Below, piece after piece: positions 1 to 12,800 of a stretch of 64,000 bases of DNA. Source of the DNA: Octopus sinensis (Eukaryota); the NCBI RefSeq assembly GCF_006345805.1, contig NC_042998.1:99510001-99574000 (forward strand), written 5' to 3'. The notes below the pieces were generated by a model. That model was not told where the DNA came from. It made no database searches and saw only the letters and a list, made by a program, of their open reading frames with translations. The position numbers and the translations under genes are program-made. The stretch's first letter is position 1; every line of letters begins with the position of its first letter.

Positions 1-572
1 ATGAAGGTGACTGGGTGAGAGGAGTGCTGAAAATGATTATGGAAGGTAATAGATGAATAGGAAGACCCACAAAGATGTGGATGAAGACAATTGGGGATGA
101 AATAAGGGTAGAGTGGTTTTGGTGAAGAGGGCAAAATGGAGATTAACTCCTGTTTTTGCTGGTAAAATAGCCTTAAAATGCTTGTTGTGTTTTTGATTCT
201 GAATGGAGATACTTAGGCAATCTGGTTTATAAATTAGATCTTCAAAAGATAAATTTGCCCTTTTGCATACAGTAAGCTACTCCAAGGTGGTTCACTATCT
301 GAATTTATATATTTTGGTCCAAAATATTTTTTTCAAAAATTGCATCATATGTTTCATCTTTTAGAGCATTGTTCTTGAGAACTTTTATGTCAAAGATTAA
401 TACATTTTGCTTAACATCAAAGAAAGAAGACTATTTCAGTTAAAACCTGCTTAAATAAGAAACTTTCTAACTTTTAAAAGTTGAATTTAAATTTTTCATG
501 TGTCCCAGATTTTCATAATGTTAGAACTGTAGCAAATTCATGCATATGTACTCTCTCTCACACACGCACACA

Positions 573-738
573 CGAGGGGGTGCTGAAAAGTTCCTGGCTT
601 TGGGTAAAAGAAAATACAGGAAGATCAGTTAATTATAATTTTATTCAACATCTTCCTCTCTCAGATTCACACACTTATTGCAGTGGTCCTTCAGTTTTTC
701 TGAGCCTTTAAAACCAGGAACTTTTCAGCACCCCTTTA
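573..738. mobile_element. Tc1/mariner-type MITE
   Basis: TIRs GAGGGGGTGCTGAAAAGTTCCTGG (574-597) and CCAGGAACTTTTCAGCACCCCTT (714-736); TA at the right end. Confidence 0.75.
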
Positions 739-793
739 TATGAAGTTTCCTATTAATGACTTGTTTTTCACAATATTTTTTTTTATTCTTCAG

Positions 794-833
794 GAGTTTG
801 CTAAAGATCTTCAAAAGTATGTTGATGGTCCCT
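794..833 (+). CDS. MED14: MED14 exon ([13 protein letters not shown])
   Basis: ttcag acceptor and GTAAGT donor; phase 1 fits the next exon. Confidence 0.8.
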
Positions 834-3800
834 GTAAGTAATCCTTCCATTTTTGTTTCCAAATTATGGTTTTGTAAAATATACTTTGCTTTCCAATTTT
901 TTTTAATAAATTATATTTTTGTCTAGAATTCTAGCTTATAAAATCTCTTTCCATTGTCTGCTTCAGCTAACATGTCTGTGGCTAGGAAGTTTACTTTGTG
1001 ACCAAGTGTTTTTGGGATTCTTGTATGGCACCATGTGCAAGTGTTTTCTACTAAAGCCTCAAGAATTAACTTAACACTTGGTTTAACACCATTATATGGC
1101 CTTGGGGTGCTTTAACTGTAGCCCTCTCTGTTGCAAGCATTTGGAACAGATCTTTTTGAAAATAACTTCCTCCTTTCCTTCCACAAATCTCAGTAGCTCT
1201 GAAAAAGGTTATTGTCATTGCCCTTCTCTTCACAGATTCATAATACATGCATGCAGGCACATTTATGTAACAAAGATGTCAATTTCAGTTACATAGCCCT
1301 AATACTGTTTTATATGTTTTGGAAATTTCTGAACATCTATATAATGCAAGTGTTTATTTAACATTTTAGTATTTAAACTGGCCATATCCAGCCAAAATAG
1401 TCAACCTGCTTTATATTTAAATTGGCCATATCTGGCCCCTTACACTCATCATACAATGTCATTCTAAAAATAATCTATTACATTATTGAAATCTCTAAGC
1501 TAGTAGATAATTTACAAGTAATTCAAAACAATGTGAATAAAAAAGCATTACATTAGACGAAGTAATCTGAATACTAAATGGTTAAATAAATTGAAATATT
1601 AATGATAAAATATTGTATGAAAACTATAAAATTGTCAGTAAAAGTTTTTTAGGAAGCCTAGAAGTGATAGTAATCATGATTTCTGACCTGATTGTGCTTT
1701 ATGACATGCATTTGAAAATAATAGTATTTAAAGCATTTATTTATTATTGCTCATTTTTAGGTGAAATCAAAGACGTTCCAGCTGTTCTCCATGTACCAGT
1801 CTTAAATCCATTCACTTCTGCTGAAGTTTTGCGTGTTGCTATTGATATTCAGCGAGGAACGTTCTTAACATCTGTACCTTGCTCAAGTAAGACCTTACAT
1901 CATTGTTAACCATTATTGAAAATATTCATGTTGAAACTTCTGGGTTCTTAATTTAGATCCCTTTTGTGTTTCATTCTTTTGGGGTTGATAAATTCTCATA
2001 ACAGACTGAAGGTAAAATCTGACACCTATTCACCTATGGATGTTGGTCTGATATCATTTAATATGTTTTTTGTTATATAGTTCCAGTTGAAAACAGATGA
2101 TGTGTACTAAATGAAAAAGAGGGATGGTAATTATAATAGTAAGTTGTAATTGTAACAGATATTAGAAAGTTTGGCTGCATCCAGAGAATGATTCACAATA
2201 GTTAGTGTTGGGCGAAGAGAAACTACTCTGAATCCTCTTGCCTACATGAAGGAAATTTGAGAAACAAGTTGGTGATTCTAATGACTAAGGTTAAGAATAT
2301 GATGGCTCTATTCTAGCTCCTTTTTGAACTTCTTTTATATACATACTTACTATTTGAATTTGTGTATGTATATATATATATATATATATATCATAATCAT
2401 CATCATCATCATTATTGTTTAACTTCTGCTTTCCATGCTAGCTTGGGTTGGACAGTTTGACATGGAGCTGTCCAGACTCCAACTGTTTGTTGTGGCATGA
2501 TTTCTATGCCCTTCCTAATGCCAACCACTTAACAAAGTGTGCTTGGCACTTTTTATGTGCCACTGTCACGGATGCGTTTGTGCAGCACTGGCACGGGTGC
2601 TCTTTAGGTGGCACTGGCACCTGAAGGACAAGCCTGTTAGTGTGGAAGACAGTAATTTTACTTAAGTTGATGCGTCTTATCAAGTATAGCAAATTGCCAC
2701 ATCTCTCGGTCTCTTGTCACTTTCTATATATATGTTTTTCATCATCACCTTTTATTTCAGATCATCCTGTCATTCAAGAAATTGAAGAAAACCTTAATGG
2801 GGAAAGAAGACACCTTGATAAACAAATTGCCAAACTGAGGTATGTTTTAAATATTATGGGCAGTAATCTGTTTCATGCTAATTATATTATAGTATTAATT
2901 GTAATGGCTTGTACCAGATGTTTACACTAAGTTCAAATTACTTAGAGTGGATACTGTCTTTAATTTTTCACCATCATCATTTAATGTCCATCTTCCATGC
3001 TGGTTTGGGTTGAAGGACTATGTTTGCTTTGACCTGGTTTCTGTGTCTGGATGACCTTCCTAATGTCAACCACTTAGAGTGTACTGGCTGCCTTTTTCAT
3101 GGCACCAGCACCAGTGAAGTTGGCATGTAACTCGCAAGACCTATCATAAAGCCATTTCTCAGCGGAGTGGGTGTCTTGTAGACAGGGAGCTTTAATGTTA
3201 AGTGTTGAAATTTAAAGTATCTTAAACGGGTTTCTTGCTTCAAAAGAGGTACAATGTTACTTTGCATTATATAAGAATGGATGAGAGTAATTGATGTGGG
3301 ATTTGTGAGAGATAAAGATGGTGGTGGTTAGGTACCAGAACCTATCCTCAAGGTACAAGAAGGTGAGTAGAAGAGAGTGGGAAGATAGGTCAAGAAGTAT
3401 AGGTGGATAAAGCTTACACACACACACACACAAACGTCTTTCAGATTGCCTCAGACTGAACTGGTTGGTTTGGGCTTATAATATAAGTTACTAGCCCAAG
3501 GTGCCACACAGTGGGATTGAGCCACATGATTGAGAAACAAACTTCTTGACTATGCAGTCATCATCAGCACCTTGTGATAAATTATATTTTAACTAATTTC
3601 TGTTGAAACCTTTTTTTTTTTTGCTCTCTATGAGACTTGTGCCCAGTGATAGTTAACTATTTCCTTTGTTATGAGTTAGTACAATAGAAAGATGTTTTAA
3701 TTTGTTTTTGTTTGTTACAGTTGAACAATTTTTTTCTTTTTTTTTCTTCTGAAGTTTGATATTTGAAATAATATTATTTCAGAAAACATTTTCACTTTTA

Positions 3801-6800
3801 TTTTATTTTATTTTAACCAGATCAGAATTAGCTTTACTGCGGTGTGAAAAGTCTGTCCAACAGCTCCCTGCCAGCAGCCATCGCCAGTTGCCCTTTATAA
3901 ACTTTGCTGGCCATGCCCTAGAGTCACTCTCGAAACACAAGTTGTATGTTCGAGTTCCCAAGCAGACTTCATATGCTGTGGTATGTTTACAATTGAATCT
4001 TCTTATCACAGTTTGCTGTCTTATACAGAATTTAGTTACAAAAGATTTATTATGTTAACATAAAAGAATATTTTGTATATCATACAGTAGAATATGTTAT
4101 TTAGTATTTAGACTATTGCATATTTTAAAACATTCTCTATTTCAATTTTTTTTCTGAATGCTGTAAAATATATTTTATAAAATAACAGTATTCCATATGT
4201 TCATATGAATATTTTCTTTTAAAGGTTGTCGAAGTGGAGGATGTTCCTCCAAAATCATTTGTCTACAAATACTACCTTCTAGAGATGGCTACTGCCAGTA
4301 CTGAAAATACTGACAACACTTTAGTTGAAGATAATGGAGCTGTGAAGCCATTCCTGAAAGCCAAACATCTTACACCTATTAACATATTTTCATTGACTCA
4401 TGGTCCATATGCTACTGTTTTTTGTGAGTATCTTTTCTCATTTTGCATCCATTTAATTTAACTTGTGTCTTTGTTTTTTGTTGTTGGAACTTGTGAAACA
4501 GCTGTTACAGATTGATGACTTGTTGAAACACAAAATATTGAATATTTAATTCTTATTCAAATGAACTGTGCATTGTATAAGAAAAAGCTTATGACTGTGG
4601 AAAGAATTAATTGGTCAGACTTACCAAATTTTATACAAAATATAATTTCTGTCCATCCTAATCTGTTTTAATGTTGAGATCTTTTAGTGGTGATTTATGT
4701 GCAATAATTGGTTATACAATATGCCAAATATTTTAATACTTATTTTATACAATTCCTAATAATATTTGATTAAAAATGTATAATAGAATTTTTTAAACAT
4801 TCAACAACTCTGAGGGCCCCTCCAAGTAAAATAGGAATTAAAGGGATCCATTAGTAAAAAAAAAAATGGTTGAGGGCCGCTACTTTATATGGTAAAACTG
4901 TGATAGCCTGAGGACAGTAGTTGTAGTTGTTAAATCTACTTACTTGAAAAGCCAACCAATTGTTTTAAAGAATGTACTCAGTAACTGTTAGATGTGCATG
5001 TGTATAATAAGAAACGATGTGAAAAAGTTATTGATGTGAACATGAGAATGTTCAGGGTATTTTAATTGTGTTTTTATCTCTTAAGCTGAAGGCGATGAAT
5101 TGGAATTGGACAGTCTATCAAGGAAGCGAAAGGTAAGTTAGTTCCAAACATTGAAACTGAATTATAACTTCTAAATCAAATGGAAATTGTAGTTGTGATC
5201 CCCATGCCTGTGGCACCTAAAAAGCACTGTCCAAATGTGGTCGATGCCTGTACAGCCTTGACTAGCTTCCATACTGGTGGCATGTAAAAAGCACCAACCG
5301 ATCTGGCCCCTGTTCCGGTGGCACGTAAAAAGCACCCAGAGTGGTTGGTGTTAGGAAGGGCATCCAGCTGTAGAAACACTGCCAGATCAGACTGGAGTCT
5401 GGTGCAGCCTCCTGGGTTCCTAGACCCCAGTCGAGCTGTTCCACCCATGCTAGCATGGAAAATGGATGTTAAACGATGATGATGATGAGATGTAAAGTGT
5501 TTGGCATTTGATTGGACATCCAGCTGTAAAAACCATGTCAAAGCAGACTTCACTGTTGCTGATGCCACATAAAAAGCATCCTGTCCACTCTGTAAAGTGG
5601 TTGGTGCTAAGAAGTGCACCCAATCATAGAAACCATACCAAAATAGATAATGAGGCTTTTTGCTGTCCTCTGGCTTGCCAGCTCCTGTCAAACCTTCCAT
5701 CCCATGCCAGCATGGAAGATGGATATTAAATGATGATGATGATGAGATGCAGTTTTTAATTATTTGATAACTTTATATCAATTATTATATCATCTAATTT
5801 TATATCAAATTATTATATCAGCTATTGAACACACATCTGAGTTCCAATCTCATGATAGCTGTTCTCTCTTGCTTCCCTTTTCATGATTCATGATTCTGCC
5901 TATGACAAAATGACATATTCGGCTTTATTTCTAAAAAAAACATCTATATACAAGGAAGCCAAATATAGGGAGTTTTTTTCCACGTGTATATGCAAGTAAA
6001 TCAGTTAAAAGACCTGTCAGTTTTGACAATGAGTACTCGAGTTGTTCAATCAGTTACATATTGTAACTGATTTTAACAAGTCTATAATTCGAATGCCTGT
6101 GTATTTCACAGATCCTTAAAGTAAAAAAAATTAGCTTAGCACTATGTATGACTAGGCTGGCCCTTTGAATTATAAGTTACAATCATCTGAGAAGTTTACA
6201 GTTTCATTCACAAGGCTTGGGTTGACCCCAGGTTATTTTAGAAGACAATTCTAAAGCTCTATGTAGTAAGATGGAACTTAGGTCACCATAACTCCAAAGT
6301 GAACTGTTTCACTATTCAGCTACATTTGCATGCTGATACATATGTACACTATTGAATACACCCTTATCACTTAATCACTGTATATTTTTCTAGTTAAGTG
6401 CGACCAATATGGACAGTTCTTTGAATACCCCAGTGAAGTACCATATTTCTTTATATAGTTCTCTGTCAGATTTTCTTACATTTTTAATTATTTTCTTACA
6501 TTTATTCTATTTCATTTCTTTTTATGTATGCAGTTGCTGTTGGGTGATCTAGAGGGACCACCAGCTAAGATGAGGAAAGAATCTCCTTATTTTGTCGCCC
6601 CATTAGCATTCTTGTTGGCTCATTGTGAGGAAAAGCTACCGTTTGTTTCTTTAACTGAAGAGGTTGGTTCTTTTTTTTTATTATTTCATTTCTTTGATTG
6701 ATGGTAATATAGCCATCTGCATTAAGTGTTAAATTTTCTAAAATATAAAAATGGCTTTATGGTTAAAGTGCTTGTCTGTTGAACTCACAGATTTGAGTTC

Positions 6801-9800
6801 CAGTCTCGTGGTAGCTGCTCTTTCTTGCTTCCTTTTTCATGATTCATTATTACCTCAACATAAGGTGGCAAACTGGCAGAATTGTTAGCATGTCAGGCAA
6901 AATGATTAGTGTCATTTCATCTGTTTTTGTGTTCTGAGTTCAAATTTTGCTGTGGCTGACTTTGCCTTTCACCCTTTTGCGGGGTTAATAAAATAAGTAC
7001 CGGATCAGTACTGGGGTTGATGTAATCAACTTATCCCCTCTCCTGAAAATTGCTGGCTTTGTGCCAAAATTTGAAATCATAACTACCTCAGCATATTGGA
7101 AAGACAAAATGACACATTTGCTTCTATTTCAACAAAAGCTTCTAATTTAAGGGAAAATGGTTGTTAAACACAAAATACATACACATGCAAAAATGGCATT
7201 TGGCTGCACTAAATTGTTTTGTCACTAGTTTTATTGTCTTCTCTTGATTGCTTCATTTACGCTCCATCAGTGTACATCTTTCTTTTCATGCTTCCAAGCT
7301 CTATGTTTGATTTTATCTCTCTCTGGAGAGAGACAAAACAGATTGGATTAAGTCGTTTTATCCTAGAACAGCATGATACTTTGTACAACAAAATTACTGG
7401 TTTTTATAAAAATAGTTTGATATAAAATATATCATAAAAGAATTAAGGTTTTCTCTTTTTTTTTCCGTTTCCTTAAAGTTCAAATATTTACATATTTGAT
7501 ATACTGACACTGTTAGCTATTTCAGTTTTTGTCAGGATGGCTTCAGTGACTGAATCTATAGCTAATATTCAAGAAAATGTTATTGAACCAAAATGAAACA
7601 TTAATAAATGTTTTATATTTATGATTTATTCCAGTATTGTCATGTTTTTTTTCTTTGGGTTTCTCAGGGGTAAAAAACCTTAATTGATTTTGATATTATT
7701 TGCAGCTAACAAGAAGAAATATTCCACATCAAGGTATCCAAGTAGATGGTGAAGGTAGCTGTATGACCCTCACAATAATGGAGTAAGTCTTTTACACTTT
7801 TTGTTTAACAAAAGATGCCTTTCTCTCTCTCTCTCTTCACACACACACATTCTATATTTGAGAGAAAAGTAAATAAAAAGTTAGTCATATCTCTTTTTTA
7901 TGTGAAATTTCTATACCTTATATTACTCAAGGGTTGCAACTAGTTGAATCAATAGCATGCTAGCCTATCAGAAGTTCATATCTTATAAATGGTAATGCAT
8001 AACTCTAAGTAACCTGGTGTGCAGTGTTGTATGTTGTTACTATGTGAAGTAATAGTGCAGCATTATGTAGTGTTTAGTTACCTATTTACAGCTTGGTGGA
8101 GTATCTGTGAAACTGGCAGTTGACCAATCCTTTATTGACTCATCCATCTATGGTTATCACTGCTACATTTTATAATGTTAATTATTGAGATAAACTTGTT
8201 TTTTTCCTTTTAAGCTCATTCTCTGTTTATGTTTTTTTTATAGTTAATCAGTTCAACACAAAGAAAAGAATATTTGTTCATTTGACAAATCTCAATTAAC
8301 TGTGCACTCAAGATCTATTTACTTCAGTTGCATCTATGCTTAATTAACAACCCTGATTGAATGAACTAAATAGATCAACTGTGATCACCATCTGAAAATA
8401 GAGCTAAACTAGTGAACTGTGTGCAAAGTTATCATGACTCATCCTGTGTCCCATTGCAGAAACTCTACTCTGAACCACATCTTTACTAGAGGTAGTTCAG
8501 TGCTGAATGAACAAACTTATCAAAAGCATTCTAGTTATAATCATACTGTCCATTATTTCATTTTGCTGTATCCAGAAATACATTATCTAATGTTTCCTTT
8601 CTTCTGAAAGCCAGTAAAGTATGATTTGAGAGAAATTTAGCTGCTATTTTTAGCATGTTTAACAATTCTCTTGTTGGTTCACAGTAATTTTCTATCTGTG
8701 TATTCAGGAGCTATGAAATATTTTAGGGGTTAATTTTTTATTTATCCAAAGAAATCTAGATTAAGCTTAAAAGTAAAATCAGGTAATTGCTTCTGATATA
8801 TTCAATATTCAGCTCTTTAGTGTTGGCTGGCCTTATGTTAATCAAAACAGTTAGTGATAGATTGAAACAGAACATGCTTTTCCACTTTAATGACAATAAC
8901 TTTATCATTGTGTTTAAATTGCTTTCAGTTTACCAAATTGTAAAGGTTGTACACCGGAAACCATGGATGAATTAAGAAAGAATTTATTATCTAGCAAATT
9001 CAGGATTCAAGTTCGTCCAACAAGGAACTGGATTGTTGAGGTAAGACTTCATTTAATAAGCTAGAATGAACACAAGAACTAGTATTAGCTAAATATTGAA
9101 ATTTACTTTTAGCACTTTTGTGTGCATGCATGTATGCATATCAGCCATAGATTGAGAGAAATTCAGAAGGCTGCAAAGGCTAAAAAGAAATGAAAGAAAC
9201 ACAGTCCAATAGATGTGCATGAGCACCAGAATACAAATGAGTGGAGAGATAACCTGGTTACAGGAAGAATTAAGTGTAGTGTACAAGAGAGAATGCTGTG
9301 CTGGCAAGGGGATGTAATGTGTATAGAGAATGACGGCTGCATAAAGAAGTTCTAAGTTAATGTAACTTGTGGATGTGGGAGATAAGGAAGTCTTGAGATG
9401 AAGTGGTGAAGCCTGACCTAAAGATGCTGCATCTCACAGAAGAGATGACAAAGGACTGAACTGATTGTGGTGCTGCAGAAGACCCTGGCACGAGGTTGAG
9501 ATATTTGCTCTCTACTAAGTGTTCATCATACATCTTGCTGTCCCTCTCTTCACCTAACATCATGTATATCCTTTGAAACCTCCATCATCTTATCGCTCCC
9601 CATGATTGTCAATATCTGTTGTGTTTTCTGAATGTTTTACTTCCTGCCTAAAATACTATTGTTGTTAACATTTTGTCTTTTTAGTTTGTTTTCACCAACT
9701 GTCCAATCAAAACTACTAGTCCAAAAGAACAAGGTAAATTCTTTCCAAATCTTGAAGCATTTTGTATCATTTGTCTTTTAAATTGAAATAAAAACATTAA

Positions 9801-12800
9801 ATTTATTCTTAAATATTTGTTAACTAGGATAACTCTTGATTAAACAAAATATTCATGATTCCCTCTAGACATTAACTGTGTAGACTTTACCATAGTGTTT
9901 GTGTCTAAGAGAGTTTGTGGATGCTATGAGCGAAGTCCTAGTGATGATTCTCTAAAAATAGTAAGCTGGGTGAGTGGGTAGATATTAAAGGCAATGATTG
10001 ATGTGTATAAGCGAGGTAGATAACCACCCTGACCTAGACGTGGTGTGAACAAGTAGTTGATGAATTTTGGGTGAAAAGTCTCGTACTATTCTTAAAAAAT
10101 ACCCACGATGTAGAATTGATGTCTTTGAATCAAATGCCATAATGTAATCTATTAAAACATTACTATCAGTTTAGTTATGTCACCATTGTTATTGACATGT
10201 TTGCCCATGACATTAAAGCAGTCATGGGCAAACTGCAGGCCGTGCAACTTTCTGAATGGCATGTCTCATGAAAAATTACCATGACTGTTTTTACTAGTGT
10301 GGCTCATCTGATGGTGAACCATGTCTTCTGCAGCCTACCTCTTGAAAGAGGCTTACCATACCTGCTTTAAAAAGTATTGTGATTATTTTTTACTGTCTTT
10401 ATTTGTATTATACAACCCAAATACATTGTAATAGTGGATAACTAAAATATTCACTGCTGCACTGTTTTCTCTTTTAGGTCCCATACAGCGAGTTTATTTC
10501 TCCTTTGATCTCAGCACTGACCAAGCCAGTAAAACTGTTCAAGACCTTCTTGATGAGTGGACCTTGGTAGCTAACCTGTATCAGGCAGTTTATAATTTTT
10601 CACATTTTTTTAATGGTAAGCAAATTGATTTACAATACTGACTTGATCTCTATTTAGTATTGTATATTACCATTTTATGTGTACTATGAAATTTTTACCT
10701 TGCAAATGTATTAAGAATACTGTCAAGAGAATATGCTTTTTCTTCTTGTACTGAAGGGAGGTTAAAAGTCCATAACTGGTAGATTACAACAGTGAAACTA
10801 TTTTGATTTTAAATATTTATTCTTCACATTGCAGCAGAACATAAACATTATCTATTAGATACTGAAAGATAGATGTTAGAGACATAGGAAAATATTTAAG
10901 AAATGCAAACACTGTAAAACTCCATTTTTTCAGTGTACTGTTATACTTTTCAAGATATGTTATTCTTTACAGTTTGTCAAACATTTGTAGGATTTTTAAC
11001 CTTCTGATTTCATATCTTGTATAAGTGTGGGGTTGGTGGTGTTCTGTTTAATTTGATTCACTTTAACAAATTTGCAACATAACACAGGTTTTAAATAGAA
11101 AAAGTTGCTTAATTAAATAATTGCATAATTAAATAATTTTTATTTATTAAAAAAAAGCAAAAATATATTTGTAATATATATGTAATATATATATATAATA
11201 ATATGTATATATTTGATGTAAAATATAAAAAATATATTTGATATATGAAGTAACAAGTTATAATTCTCCATGAATTGTCTTTTTCCTCATCATATTATTG
11301 TTATTGAATTGAAATGTAAGATTATGGGAATGAAACTTTTAATGCATTTTTTCACTTTAGTAAAGAAAATTTTAACCTTTGGATGAGATGCAAATATTAC
11401 ATCTTCCTATTTTCATTCAACTAAGTTTCAATTCTAAAATTAACTTGTAGCATGATCTGTATGACTAAGGCAGCCATACCTTTTATGCTGAATTTAATCT
11501 TGGTCAACAATGAAATGTAATTTGAATGTTTACTCCCTAATGCTGCTTGCATTTTGTCACAATGAGATTAATTATTTAAAGTAGCTACTGAACAAATTTG
11601 CAAACATTATGATATTGTTGGTACAAGTAATTATCATCTAACAAATTAACATGTTGAAGATAAGAAAAATTCTATATTTATGTAATGTCTATTCTTATAT
11701 ACCTTTTGAGAAATATCTCTATAATATTGATTTTGTTTGATATGTCTCTGGCAATTCCAGATAGCAGGACAGGTTTACAGAAACTGATTGAAGTACGGTC
11801 TTATAACTACAGAAAACTGACCATTGTTTATGGAGTTACTCAGACAAGTCTTGTAAGTTCAAAGTTTCTAAACATTTCATATAGAGAAAGTGGGAGAACA
11901 GCTAATTCTGATTTAATGACTGGAATCAACCTGCTTGTGAAGACCTGTTGAGGCAAGTGAAATCAAAATCAAATTTGATGACTGGCATCCGTGCTAGCGG
12001 AGTGCAAAGAGCACCATACGAGTATGATCGTTTGACAGAGTGGCTAACTGGCTTCCATGCAAGTGGCACATAAAAAGGAACCATTCAAGTGTGATCGTTA
12101 CCTGCGTCGCCTTACTGGTACTTGTGCCCATGCTAGTAGGGTGCCAAGAGCACCATCCGAGTGTGATCGTTGCCAGAGCAGCCAACTGCCCGTGCTAGTA
12201 GGGTGCCAAGGGCACCATTCAAGCGTGATCGTTACCAACGTCACCTTACTGGCACCTGTGCTGGTGGCATGTGTAAAAAAATTCGAGCTAGGCCATTGCC
12301 AGTACCGCCTGACTGGCCCCTGTGCTGTAGCATGTAAAAAGCACCCACTACACTCTCGGAGTGGTTGGCGTTAGGAAGGGCATCCAGCTGTAGAAACTCT
12401 GCCAGATCAAGATTGGAGCCTGGTGCAGCCATCTGGTTCGCAAACCCTCTGTCAAAATCGTCCAACCCATGCTAGCATGGAAAGCGGACGTTAAATGACG
12501 ATGATGATGAATATTTTTACCTGGCTATTGCTTGGTCACTATATATTTAACTAGAATATTTGATACCTTCTTAGATCCCCTTTTATGAAAGTGGTTCTAT
12601 AAAACAAATTACAGCTATCAAGGATTATCTTAGAACTTGCTTCTAGGTTCACTACATTCTACATGTGGAATTGTTAATGCATGAAATGACTTTCAATTAT
12701 GTCCTTGATGGCTATATTAGGTAAATCTTGATTCTTGGGGATTCTAAATTATTGGTAGAATTTAGTCTTTCTCTTGTCATTTGCCATGAATGTTGCATCA

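Noticed and set aside
5176-5729. Recurring ORFs with '[11 protein letters not shown]' or '[10 protein letters not shown]'
   Set aside because: Chance reading frames of SINE family A copies
6048-6072. Short palindromes (also 27119-27148)
   Set aside because: Arms of 11-12 bp in AT-rich or SINE-derived DNA; most likely repair or template-switch scars with no supportable function
6394-6437. Possible extra MED14 mini-exon after ttttctag
   Set aside because: No convincing donor, and the flanking exons already join in frame
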